From assembly GCA_963824995.1 (NCBI GenBank), contig CAWGRK010000017.1, forward strand, positions 11,143 through 75,142: DNA of 64,000 bases, written 5' to 3'. Position 1 is the first letter of the stretch, and the number at the start of each line of letters is the position of its first letter. Position numbers and translations under genes: made by a program. Shown here in pieces: positions 20,948 to 30,097 of the stretch. The notes under the pieces were generated by a model. The model was not told the origin of the DNA. It was given only the letters and a program-made list of their open reading frames with translations, and made no database searches. Source of the DNA: an uncultured Actinomycetes bacterium. GTDB taxonomy: Bacteria; Actinomycetota; Acidimicrobiia; Spongiisociales; DATADW01.

Positions 20948-21670
20948 ATGGCCACCTACGTCCTGATCCACGGCGCGGCCTCGGACTCCTGGTACTGGCA
21001 CCGCGTGGTGCCTTTGCTCGAGGAGCGGGGCCACTCCGTGGTTGCCCCCGACCTTCCCTCCGACAGCGATTCGGCCGGGTTCCCCGAGTACGCCTGCGCG
21101 GTGGCACACGCTGTGGCGGAGTGGTCAGGAGTGATAGTGGTGGCGCAGTCGATGGGGGCGTTCACCGTGCCGCTGGTGTGCGATCTGGTCCCCGTCGACC
21201 TGATCGTCCTGGTCGCCCCCATGATCCCGCTCCCGGGCGAGCACCCCGGTGAGTGGTGGGTGACGAGCAGCCAGGAGGCGGCGCGGCGCGCCTTCGACGT
21301 TCAAGAAGGCCGCGACCCGGACGCGCCATTCGACGTTCGCACGACGTTCTTCCATGACGTGCCCGAACCGGTGGTCGCCGAGGCATTCGCCCGCGGGGAG
21401 AGATATCAGTCGGGGACACCTTTCGAGCAGCCCTGGCCGGCGGATAGGTGGCCGGCCCTGCCGACCCGGGTGGTGGCGGGGCGAAAGGACCGGTTGTTCC
21501 CGCTGGACATGGTGCGCCGACTCTCGCGCGACCGGCTCGGGATCACCCCTGACGTGATCGAGAGCGGTCATCTGCCCGCGCTCAGCCGGCCCCGCGAACT
21601 GGTGGAACTGGTCGAGTCCTATCGGTTGGAGTTGCCTTCCGAGGGATCAGACTCCAGGACCTTGCTGTAG
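20948..21670 (+). CDS. alpha/beta hydrolase (esterase family)
   Basis: YVLIHGAASDSWYWHRV, nucleophile elbow AQSMGA, C-terminal SGHLPALSRP. Confidence 0.75.
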   Translation: MATYVLIHGAASDSWYWHRVVPLLEERGHSVVAPDLPSDSDSAGFPEYACAVAHAVAEWSGVIVVAQSMGAFTVPLVCDLVPVDLIVLVAPMIPLPGEHPGEWWVTSSQEAARRAFDVQEGRDPDAPFDVRTTFFHDVPEPVVAEAFARGERYQSGTPFEQPWPADRWPALPTRVVAGRKDRLFPLDMVRRLSRDRLGITPDVIESGHLPALSRPRELVELVESYRLELPSEGSDSRTLL

Positions 21671-22164
21671 CGCACCTCGGTCGCATCGCGCCCGAAGATG
21701 AGCATCTCTTTGGAGGTGCCGTCGGCGGTCCATCCGACCGCTTCGTAGAAGCGACGCGCTCTCTCGTTCTGATCGAGCACCCAGAGATTCGCTGTGGGAA
21801 AGCGCTCGCTGAGCATCTCCTCCGAGGCGAACATCAGAGCCCGCCCGATTCCACGCCGCCAGGCCAGAGGGTCGAGGTAGATGGCGCGTATCTCACCCCT
21901 CGATCGATCGTCACGGTCGGGGCCGAGTAGGGCGAATCCGAGGACGACTTCATCGATTTCGGCGACGAGCGTGGCGCTGTCGTCGTCGGAGAGATGCCGT
22001 TCCCATAGCGGCAACCGGTCCTCCACCGTCAGACGATCGAGCCACTCGTCTGGGAAGAAGCCGCGATAAGCCAACCGCCATGACCTGACATTGACCCCCG
22101 CGATCTGAAGTGCATCGGCGGGCCTGCCTGGTCTGATAGCTAGTCCGCTGGGTGTCGTCACCAC
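21619..22164 (-). CDS. GNAT family N-acetyltransferase
   Basis: Acetyl-CoA motif IYLDPLAWRRGIGRALM and RARRFYEAVGW. Its 3' end overlaps the convergent hydrolase gene by about 52 nt. Confidence 0.75.
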   Translation of the reverse strand: MVTTPSGLAIRPGRPADALQIAGVNVRSWRLAYRGFFPDEWLDRLTVEDRLPLWERHLSDDDSATLVAEIDEVVLGFALLGPDRDDRSRGEIRAIYLDPLAWRRGIGRALMFASEEMLSERFPTANLWVLDQNERARRFYEAVGWTADGTSKEMLIFGRDATEVRYSKVLESDPSEGNSNR

Positions 22165-22179
22165 TTCGCAGACTATGTC

Positions 22180-22374
22180 TCAGATTGAGCGCCGAAGTCG
22201 TTCCTTGAGCGCCTCGTCGGTGCGGCGACGGCGGGTTCGAAAGGCAAAGGTGATTGTCGCGGCCGCTGCACCGGCACCGACTACCCACCCGACGGTGTCG
22301 CCGATCACCAGCGCCAGCATGACACCCATGAGAACACCGCATCCGGCAATAGCCCACGTCAAGAGGGAATCCAT
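22180..22374 (-). CDS. small membrane protein (64 aa)
   Basis: ATG 22374 lies 5 nt downstream of a GAGGAG RBS. Two hydrophobic segments and a basic C-terminus. No family recognised. Confidence 0.4.
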   Translation of the reverse strand: MDSLLTWAIAGCGVLMGVMLALVIGDTVGWVVGAGAAAATITFAFRTRRRRTDEALKERLRRSI

Positions 22375-22515
22375 CAACTCCTCAAATCCCTGACCCCGAG
22401 AACATCCTTGACTGCGTGCGTATATCGGCTCCGGAGGTGGGTAGCTGAAACACGTGTGAACGGGAGTATTCGAGCTCCGGTTCGGGTACCTTGGCCGTGT
22501 AGACCGAGGAGAAGT

Positions 22516-23151
22516 ATGCAGTTCAAGGCCGGAATGGATGTGTTCCTCTGGGATGGGACACAGGTGGGCCGTATCGACCGGATCGTGATAGACCCGGTCA
22601 CCGCGCAGGTCACCGACCTTGTCGTCCACAAGGGTTTCTTCTTCAAGGAGGACCGTGTTGTTCCTGTCGACGCCGTGGTCAGCACTGACGAGGGCGCCGT
22701 GGTCCTCGAGCAGCGGTGGACAGTTGACAGCCTCTCCCATTTCCAGGAGCACAACTATGTGACGGTCGACGAGGAGACCCACGCTCGCGGCCAGCTTCCG
22801 GGTGACTCGGTGATCTGGGTGACGCCGATGGGCGGAGGACCCGACGCCGTCACCATCCCCGCCGAGGGCGGAGCCGTACACCACGAGTGGCAGAACATCC
22901 CTGAGGGCACCGTTGCGGTCGAGGTGGGATCACCCGTACTCGGTGTCGATGGTGCCCACCTGGGCCGGGTCGAGGAGGTCGTGGTCGATTCCAACACCGA
23001 ACGGATGACCCACATCGTCGTCGAGCGGGGGTTGGTCAGCAGGGAGCGTCGGTTGATTCCCACCGAGTGGGTGGAGGTCCTCACCGAGCGCGAGGTCCGC
23101 CTCGCTGTCGCAGCCGAGGCGGTCGACCAACTGCCTCTCTACGAGCCATGA
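22516..23151 (+). CDS. PRC-barrel domain protein (two PRC barrels)
   Basis: Two copies of G..V.D..G..VG.I..VV.D. (DGTQVGRIDRIVIDPVTAQVTDLVV; DGAHLGRVEEVVVDSNTERMTHIVV). ATG 22516. Confidence 0.7.
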   Translation: MQFKAGMDVFLWDGTQVGRIDRIVIDPVTAQVTDLVVHKGFFFKEDRVVPVDAVVSTDEGAVVLEQRWTVDSLSHFQEHNYVTVDEETHARGQLPGDSVIWVTPMGGGPDAVTIPAEGGAVHHEWQNIPEGTVAVEVGSPVLGVDGAHLGRVEEVVVDSNTERMTHIVVERGLVSRERRLIPTEWVEVLTEREVRLAVAAEAVDQLPLYEP

Positions 23152-23738
23152 ACGAGACCGAGTACGACGCCTCCACCGCTCTGGTGGTCGTAGACATGCA
23201 GAACGACTTCGCCCATCCCGATGGAAGCCTCTATGTCGGCGGAGGCGAAGACGTGGTCCACGCCGTCAACCGCGAGATCGAGAGGGCCGAGGCGGCGGAT
23301 GCGTTGGTGGTCTACACCCAGGACTGGCACCCCCCGGTGACCCCGCATTTCGAGAAGGACGGAGGTATCTGGCCGGTGCACTGCGTCGGCGACACCTGGG
23401 GAGCCGAATTCGTCCCGGAACTGAGAGTGGTCGGGGCATCGGTCAAGAAGGGGACCGGCGGCGAGGACGGCTATTCGGGCTTCACCGTCCGGCACCCGGA
23501 GAGCGGTCACGAGACCGACACCGAGATGGCAGACCTGCTCGAGGCGAGAGACGTCTCCCGGGTGGTCGTGGTCGGATTGGCGCTCGACTACTGCGTCAAG
23601 GACACCGCCCTCGACGCCGCCGAAATGGGATTGCCCACGACGGTGCTGTTGGAGGCGACCCGGCCGGTGGACCTCCAACCTGGTGATGGCGATCGCGCCA
23701 CCGACAAATTGCGCGCCGCCGGGGTGACCGTGGCGTAG
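23148..23738 (+). CDS. pncA: nicotinamidase / isochorismatase-family hydrolase
   Basis: ALVVVDMQNDF, WPVHCV, VVGLALDYCV (catalytic Cys). ATGA overlap with the PRC-barrel gene. Adjacent to pncB. Confidence 0.8.
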   Translation: MNETEYDASTALVVVDMQNDFAHPDGSLYVGGGEDVVHAVNREIERAEAADALVVYTQDWHPPVTPHFEKDGGIWPVHCVGDTWGAEFVPELRVVGASVKKGTGGEDGYSGFTVRHPESGHETDTEMADLLEARDVSRVVVVGLALDYCVKDTALDAAEMGLPTTVLLEATRPVDLQPGDGDRATDKLRAAGVTVA

Positions 23739-23739
23739 C

Positions 23740-23848
23740 CCCTCCGGCTTCCTGCGTGACTGATGTCCCTATCCGGTTGTTCAGTCACGCAAGAACGGAT
23801 GGCCGTCCTCCCTCCGCCTTCCTGCGTGACTGATGCACCTATCGGTTG
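23740..23848 (+). repeat. 70-bp-period direct repeat (2 copies of about 40 bp) in the pncA-pncB intergenic region; copy 1 contains a 10-bp-stem hairpin
   Basis: Copy 1 is ccctccggcttcctgcgtgactgatgtccctatccggttg (23740-23779). Copy 2 is ccctccgccttcctgcgtgactgatgcacctatcggttg (23810-23848). GCGTGACTGA (23754-63) pairs with TCAGTCACGC (23781-90). Confidence 0.8.
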
Positions 23849-23856
23849 CGCAGATC

Positions 23857-23881
23857 GTCCGCCGTCCGCCGTCCGCCGTCC
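23857..23881 (+). repeat. tandem heptamer array (GTCCGCC) x3.5
   Basis: Read directly: gtccgcc gtccgcc gtccgcc gtcc. It is the reverse complement of the GGACGGC arrays elsewhere. Confidence 0.9.
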
Positions 23882-23901
23882 AGGTACGCTTCGCCCGCTT
23901 C

Positions 23902-25479
23902 ATGACTTCCCGGCATCTTCTCGGCGGGATCCTCTTCACCGACCTCTACCAACTGACCATGGCACAGGTCTATCTCCGGATGGGCCTCCAGGACCAGCGC
24001 GCCCAGTTCGACCAGTTCTTCAGGAAGTACCCGGATTACGGCAACCACCGGGCCGGCTATTGCATCGCAGCAGGGCTCGAGTGGCTGGTGGAGTGGATGC
24101 AGACCACCAGGGTGACCGGCGAGGACCTCGATGCGCTCCGCTCGATCACCGGAGTCACTGGAATGCCTCTTTTCGGTGAGGATTTCCTCTCCTGGCTCGG
24201 CCGCCAGGGAGGGTTCGAGTCGCTGACGCTGCGTGCCGTCCCCGAGGGGAGGGTCATCCACATCGACGTCCCGCAGGCGGTGGTCGAGGGGCCGCTGGCG
24301 ATGGCTCAGATCGTGGAGACGTCGCTGCTCAACCACCTCAACTACCCGACGTTGGTGGCTACCAAGGCATCGCGGGTGGTAGACGCCGGGCGGGGCCGTC
24401 CGGTGATCGAGTTCGGATTGCGGCGAGGCCCCGAGCGCGCCGCCAACGCCGGGGCGAGGGCGGCTCTGGTCGGCGGCGCCGTCTCCACCTCGAACGTGGG
24501 AGTAGCCGTCTCTCTCGGTTTCGCTCCCAAGGGAACCCACGCCCACTCCCTCGTCCAGGTCTACATGGCCATGGGGAGGGGCGAGTTGGAGGCCTTCCGC
24601 GCCTTCGCCGAGGTCTACCCGGACGACACCGTCCTCCTTGTCGATACGGTGGACACGCTCGAGTCCGGAGTCCCAAACGCCATCACGGTGTTCGAGGAGT
24701 TGAGAACTCGTGGGCACGAGCCACTCGGGATAAGGCTCGACTCCGGCGACCTCGCATATCTGGCGATCCGCTCCGCCGAGATGCTCGACAAAGCCGGATT
24801 CTCAGAGACCTCGATCGTCCTCTCCAGCGGCCTCGACGAACTCGCCATATGGCAGATCCTCCGTCAGATCGAGGACGAGGCGCCGCGTTACGGGATGGAT
24901 GCCGACAAGGTCATCGGCCGCCTCACCTATGGCGTCGGTTCCAACCTGATCACCTCGCAGGGTGACGCCGTCCAGGACGGCGTGTACAAGCTGGTGGCGC
25001 TGCACCATGACGGCGACTGGGTGCCGGCCATCAAGATCTCGGAGACCGCCGAGAAGGTGCCCAACCCGGGCCGCAAGTCCGTGTGGCGCGTCTACGACGA
25101 ACGGGGCAGGGCAACCGCCGACCTCATGGCAACCGAGGAGGAGGATGTGGTTGCTGGGGGGCGGCTCGAACTCCACCACCCCACCCGCCATGAGTTGCGT
25201 CGAGTGCTCGATGCCGGACGGGTTTCCGAGGTGGAACCGCTGCTTACGGAGGTCCTGGTGGAGGGCGATCTGGTGGGGGACCTGCCGCCGATCGAGGTGC
25301 TGCAGGAGCGCCGGGTGCGCGATCTGGATCGGCTCGACCCGGGGGTGCGCCGTCTGGTCAACCCGCACATCTACCACGTGTCTTTGACCCCGAAGCTGTG
25401 GGCCCTGAAGCAGCGCCTCATCGATGAAGCGCTCGGCCCCAACGTCGACCCAAGCGACGGTGGCACACCCGATGACTGA
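23902..25479 (+). CDS. pncB: nicotinate phosphoribosyltransferase
   Basis: LFTDLYQLTMAQVY, FGLRR, GTHAHS, VDTYD-like VDTVDT, IRLDSGD. Confidence 0.85.
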   Translation: MTSRHLLGGILFTDLYQLTMAQVYLRMGLQDQRAQFDQFFRKYPDYGNHRAGYCIAAGLEWLVEWMQTTRVTGEDLDALRSITGVTGMPLFGEDFLSWLGRQGGFESLTLRAVPEGRVIHIDVPQAVVEGPLAMAQIVETSLLNHLNYPTLVATKASRVVDAGRGRPVIEFGLRRGPERAANAGARAALVGGAVSTSNVGVAVSLGFAPKGTHAHSLVQVYMAMGRGELEAFRAFAEVYPDDTVLLVDTVDTLESGVPNAITVFEELRTRGHEPLGIRLDSGDLAYLAIRSAEMLDKAGFSETSIVLSSGLDELAIWQILRQIEDEAPRYGMDADKVIGRLTYGVGSNLITSQGDAVQDGVYKLVALHHDGDWVPAIKISETAEKVPNPGRKSVWRVYDERGRATADLMATEEEDVVAGGRLELHHPTRHELRRVLDAGRVSEVEPLLTEVLVEGDLVGDLPPIEVLQERRVRDLDRLDPGVRRLVNPHIYHVSLTPKLWALKQRLIDEALGPNVDPSDGGTPDD

Positions 25480-25958
25480 GCTCGACATCCTGTGGGCAGG
25501 CTGGCGATCGCAGTACATCCAGGGACTCGGACAGGAGATCGGAGGAGTGCATCTTCTGCCGGCTCCCGAGCCAGGACGACGAGGAGGGGCTCATCATCCG
25601 GCGGGGCGACCATGCCTTCGCGGTGCTCAACCGCTACCCGTACGCCAGCGGGCATCTCATGGTTGGCCCCTATCGGCACGTCGCCGGGCCTGGCGATCTG
25701 GATGATGACGAGCGCTCCGAGATGTGGTCGTTGCTCGCACTCGGTGAAGAGCTCTCGCGGCGGGCGTTCAATCCCGATGGCTTCAACATTGGCGCCAATC
25801 TGGGCCGTGTGGCGGGCGCCGGGGTGCCCGGGCATCTCCATCTCCACCTGGTTCCCCGATGGGCAGGTGACACCAATTTCATGAGCGTCGTGGGCGGCAC
25901 CCGGGTGATCCCGGAGGACCTGGCCGACACCTGGACCCGGCTCCGCGCTCAGCTGTGA
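25472..25958 (+). pseudogene. HIT-family protein (Ap4A phosphorylase-like), one +1 frame break near 25541 as sequenced
   Basis: MTELDILWAGWRSQYI is in frame 2. ECIFCRL...AFAVLNRYPYASGHLMV...GHLHLHLVPRW is in frame 0. Confidence 0.7.
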
Positions 25959-26005
25959 GCGACGTCCGGTAGAATTCCGGCTTTCCCCACGAGAGGTCGA
26001 GTCGC

Positions 26006-26809
26006 ATGCCGAACCCTGTCCTGCAGCGTCAATTCGCGCCGACTCCCACGATCAATAACGGTACGGGGTCGGCGACAGCCACGGCCGACACTGCAATGAC
26101 CACCTCGGCGCCCCCTGCCCCCACCGTCCCGGTGACCGAAGGTGGCATGTCGATTGGCGGTACCACCCGGGCCACGTTCGTCCTTCTGGTGATTCTCATG
26201 GGTGCCGGAGTCTTCGGGTGGCGCTCGGTGGACGAGTTCGAGGGTATGCAGAACCCGGGTTTGCTGTTCGGCGCGCTGATCGGCGCTGTCGCCCTCGCCA
26301 TCGCGGCTTCGTTCATACCCAAGTTGGCGGCGGTGCTCGGTCCGCTCTATGCCGCGGTGGAGGGCTTTCTTCTCGGCGCCATCTCCCACGTCTACGAAAT
26401 CCAGTTCGAAGGGATCGTCCTCCAGGCTGTGCTGGCGACCGGTGCGGTGTTCGTGGTGATGCTCACCCTCTTCGTCACCCGCACCATCAAGGTGACCCAA
26501 AGGATGCGGTCCTGGGTGATCGGCGCCACGATCGGAGTCGCTCTGTTCTACCTGGTGTCGATCGTGCTTTCGTTCTTCAACGTCGGCATCCCCTTCGTCT
26601 GGGACACCGGTCCTATCGGGATCATCTTCAGCCTGGTGGTTATCGGTGTGGCGGCCTTCAACCTGCTGCTCGACTTCGACCTGATCGAGCGGGGTACCGC
26701 GGCGGGGATGCCCCGCTTCATGAACTGGTACGCCGCGTTCGGCTTGATGGTGACGATCGTCTGGTTGTACCTGGAGATGCTGCGGCTACTGGCCAGGGTT
26801 CGGCAGTAG
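26006..26809 (+). CDS. Bax inhibitor-1/YccA-family membrane protein
   Basis: MPNPVL start, 7 TM helices, LLDFDLIERG near the C-terminus. Confidence 0.75.
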   Translation: MPNPVLQRQFAPTPTINNGTGSATATADTAMTTSAPPAPTVPVTEGGMSIGGTTRATFVLLVILMGAGVFGWRSVDEFEGMQNPGLLFGALIGAVALAIAASFIPKLAAVLGPLYAAVEGFLLGAISHVYEIQFEGIVLQAVLATGAVFVVMLTLFVTRTIKVTQRMRSWVIGATIGVALFYLVSIVLSFFNVGIPFVWDTGPIGIIFSLVVIGVAAFNLLLDFDLIERGTAAGMPRFMNWYAAFGLMVTIVWLYLEMLRLLARVRQ

Positions 26810-26816
26810 AAGGTAC

Positions 26817-27569
26817 TCAGCTGAAGGGGGAGCGGGGGCGCTCCTGGGCGACACCGTCGATCTCCATGTCCACCTTCTCGTTGTAGAAGCACACCATCCC
26901 GGCCACACCCATGCTCTCGGGCAAGGGATAGGGGTAGCCCCAAACCACGTTTGGATGCTCCACCCCGTTGACGGTGAGGGACCAGTAGCTGGCAGTCCCC
27001 TTGTAGGGGCACCGGGTGTGACGATCGGTGGGGGTGAGCAGATCGAACCGCACGTCGGTCTTGGGGAGGTAGTAGCGCACCGGTAGACCGGTCTCGAAGA
27101 GCAGCGTCGGGTGGCTGCTGTCGGCGACCTTCACGCCGTCGACCTCGATCACGACGTGACGTGAGCTGGGGAGAGTGTCGATCCGGGTATAGGGGTCTCT
27201 GGCGTGTGTGTGGACTTCGACGTCCTCCTCGAACCATGAGTCCATGGCGTCCCAGCGAAAGGCATACAGGTCGCGAAGCTCATCGACCGGCGATTCGGGA
27301 TGGTGATAGGCGGCATCCACCACCTCGCCGTCGCCGTTCTTGACGCTGAAGTACCTGATGTCACCCCTGCTCGGCATCCTTTCGGTGGTCGAGCTTTGGA
27401 CGAGGAGGTCGGTACGAACGTCCTCGTGGGGGAAGTAGTAGGTCGGGTAGAACGGCTTCTCCCAAACCAACCAAGGCTCGGTGGAGTCGGCGATGGCGAC
27501 ACCGCCAAGGTATGCCCGGACCCTCTTGGCCGACCGCTCCATCCGGACCCGCTGCCGCTCGTCTGCCAT
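26817..27569 (-). CDS. DUF427 domain protein (two tandem DUF427 domains)
   Basis: ATG 27569 follows a GGAGGAGC RBS. The C-terminal copy ends RCPYKGTASYWSL. The N-terminal copy has GDIRYFSV at the equivalent position. Confidence 0.75.
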   Translation of the reverse strand: MADERQRVRMERSAKRVRAYLGGVAIADSTEPWLVWEKPFYPTYYFPHEDVRTDLLVQSSTTERMPSRGDIRYFSVKNGDGEVVDAAYHHPESPVDELRDLYAFRWDAMDSWFEEDVEVHTHARDPYTRIDTLPSSRHVVIEVDGVKVADSSHPTLLFETGLPVRYYLPKTDVRFDLLTPTDRHTRCPYKGTASYWSLTVNGVEHPNVVWGYPYPLPESMGVAGMVCFYNEKVDMEIDGVAQERPRSPFS

Positions 27570-27625
27570 AGCTCCTCCCGGGTTGTCGCTCCAACGGGGC
27601 AACACCACGACCGCCTTGTGGCTTC

Positions 27626-28796
27626 TCAGACCCAGCCGGCCATCCCCGCAACGTAGCCGACGATCCCACCGATCGGGATGAGGACCAGTCCGCTGATCCG
27701 GGTTCGGAGGACCGCGATCAGTGCCAGAAGCCCGAGGACGGCGGGTACCCAGCCGGTGATCACCCTCTGCCCCAATTGGAAAGTCACCGCCGCCATCACA
27801 CCGACCACGGCGGCCACCAAGCCGCGTAGTACAGGCCTGGCCCAGGCGGCCCGCTCCAGCGCCGGCATGAAGCGGCCCACCAGCATGGCGATGAGGAAAG
27901 CGGGAAGGAACATTGCGCACTGTGGCTACGGCGGCGCCGGGCACGCCGAGGACCAGGTAACCGATTGCGGTCGAAGTGGTGAAGAGCGGTCCTGGAGTGA
28001 TCTCCCCGATGGCCACTGATGCGATCAACTGGTCGGGGTCGAGCCATCCCAATTGATCGACCAGGACCGAGTCGAGATAGGCGATCAGCAGATATCCACT
28101 ACCGAAGATGGTGGCCCCGAAGCGGAGGAACAGCAGACCAAGACTTCCAAGCGTCGGTGGATCATCTGCCGAAGCGCCCTGCAACCAAAACGGCAGGACG
28201 AGGAGAGCTGGTGCGGCCGGCCGGTAGAAGACAACGAGACCGATGATCGCCCCACCGGCGAGCACGACGAGCTCGTTGCCACCAAGCAGCACCGCCACCA
28301 ATGCGGTCACGGCCACCGCCCAGGCCACCGGGTGGTCGAGTGCCTGACGCGCCAACTTGACCAGGGCAGCGGCAACAAGAGCAACAACGACCGCGTAGAC
28401 ACCCACGAGGAAGTTCTGCACGGCGGGCAGAGCTCCGTACTCGACATAGGCCCAGCTGATCGCCAGGGTTATGAGAGCGGCCGGAACGATGAACCCTGCC
28501 CCCGCTGCCCAAACCCCCCGTACCCCCCGCTGCACGTAACCGACGTGCATCGTCATCTCGGTCGAGTTGGGGCCCGGGAGGAGATTGGTCACCCCGATGA
28601 GGTCTAGAAAGTGCTCTCTCGTTACCCACCGGCGCCGCTCGACCAACTCCCGCTCCATCAGGCCGATATGCGCCACCGGCCCTCCGAACGCCACCACCCC
28701 CAGCCACAAGAAGAAGCGAAGCAGCTGACCGAGGCTGGCGGATTCCTCGGCGTATTGCGGTTGGTGTGGGGGGCCCGCCGACGGCGAGCCGCTCAC
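27626..28796 (-). pseudogene. chrA: chromate transporter ChrA, one +1 frame break near 27917 as sequenced
   Basis: LRFFLWLGVVAFGGPVAHIGLM...NLLPGPNSTE, then FGSGY...ITPGPLFT, then the frame change, then MFLPAFLIAML. GTG 28796 overlaps the upstream stop (GTGA). Confidence 0.75.
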
Positions 28797-30097
28797 CGTC
28801 CCAGCCGATCGAGAACCCCGTACCACCCAGCGGCCAAGGGGAGGAACCAAGGGCGGCGCCGGTAGTACCACCTCGCCGGGTGTGACAGCTCCTCGAATGG
28901 TCCTGGGTGGGGGGTCTCGCCGCTCATCCTCCCCGCCACCTCGTCTCCCAAATAGGTGGCAAGCGCCACACCATGGCCGCCATACCCAAGGGCATACCAC
29001 ACCCCGCCGATCCGGCCGATGTGAGGGAGGAGGTCGAAGGTGGCGCCAAGGGTGCCGCCCCAACTGTGCGTGATGACGACGTCGGCAAGCTCGGGGAAGA
29101 TGGCGGCGATGCGCCTTCGGAGCTTGGCGGCGCTGTCCACTAGGTCTCTTCCGGTCCGAAGGTCGTGACGTCCACCCAGCAGCAGACGATCGTCCGGGGT
29201 GCGGCGGAAGTAGGTGAGCAGCCGCTCCATGGTCCAGAGCATCCGGTTGCCCGGGATGAGCCGCTCTGCCAACCCTTCCGGAAGTGGCTCGGTCACTGCG
29301 ATGTAGCTACCAACCGGTACCACTCGGCGGCGAAGCCAAGGAACGAGGTCACCGGTGAGCCCGTTGGTTGCCACCAGCACCGATGTCGCTTCGATCTCGC
29401 CCACAGGGGTGCTGACACGCACACCCGAACCGGTCGGGGTCAGTTCCAGCGCCGGGGTCTGCTCGCAGAGCACCGCACCCGCCGCCACCACTGCTTTGGC
29501 CAAGCCGAAGGCGTATCGAGCCGGATGCAGTCCACCGCCGGCCGGCTCGTTGACGGCGGCGGCGAACAGTTCGCTCCCCACCACGTCATGGATCCTGTCC
29601 TGACCTACCACTTCGGTCGGATATCCCATTTCAGTCTCGAACCAGGCAGCTTCATCTCGAAGTGCGGGGAGCAACTCGAGCCGCTCGGTCAGCCCGGCCA
29701 TGCCCGCCCGCCGCCACCCGGCGTCGATGCCCTCGCTGGTGACGATCTCCTCGACCAGGTCCACGGCGCGTTCGGTGGCCTTCCACATTTCCCGGGCGAC
29801 GTTCATACCCCACTCTTTGGCAACGACCCTGACACCGCGCTTGACATCGGGGCTGACCATCCCGGCGTTGACGCTCGATGCACCCGAGGCAACGCAACCC
29901 ACTTCCAGGATGACGACCTCTCGTCCCGATCGCACCAGCCGGCGAGCCGCAGATAGCCCGGTGTAGCCCGAGCCAACCACGACCACGTCGCACTTGGCGG
30001 GAAGGTCGAGCGAGAGCCCTGACGGCGGGGGATGGTCCTCGATCCAGAACGGCACAGTGGACAGTTGCGGTCCTGCCGTGCGCTCTCCAGTGCTCAC
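28793..30097 (-). CDS. FAD-dependent oxidoreductase (DAO family, gamma-glutamylputrescine-oxidase-like)
   Basis: FAD-binding motif DVVVVGSGYTGLSAARRL. GTG 30097 overlaps the aminotransferase stop (GTGA). Confidence 0.8.
   Translation of the reverse strand: MSTGERTAGPQLSTVPFWIEDHPPPSGLSLDLPAKCDVVVVGSGYTGLSAARRLVRSGREVVILEVGCVASGASSVNAGMVSPDVKRGVRVVAKEWGMNVAREMWKATERAVDLVEEIVTSEGIDAGWRRAGMAGLTERLELLPALRDEAAWFETEMGYPTEVVGQDRIHDVVGSELFAAAVNEPAGGGLHPARYAFGLAKAVVAAGAVLCEQTPALELTPTGSGVRVSTPVGEIEATSVLVATNGLTGDLVPWLRRRVVPVGSYIAVTEPLPEGLAERLIPGNRMLWTMERLLTYFRRTPDDRLLLGGRHDLRTGRDLVDSAAKLRRRIAAIFPELADVVITHSWGGTLGATFDLLPHIGRIGGVWYALGYGGHGVALATYLGDEVAGRMSGETPHPGPFEELSHPARWYYRRRPWFLPLAAGWYGVLDRLGR

Noticed and set aside
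21619-21670. 52-nt overlap of the convergent hydrolase and GNAT genes as a possible antisense regulatory arrangement.
   Set aside because: Either ORF may simply run past its functional C-terminus in GC-rich sequence. Both tails are low-information, and nothing in the sequence supports a specific mechanism.
26817-29063. 748-aa ORF that looks like a ChrA-DUF427 fusion protein.
   Set aside because: The DUF427 part has its own ATG (27569) with a GGAGG RBS. The ChrA C-terminus continues in another frame and stops at 27626. The middle of the long ORF is Arg/Gly/Pro-rich read-through created by the frame break near 27917.
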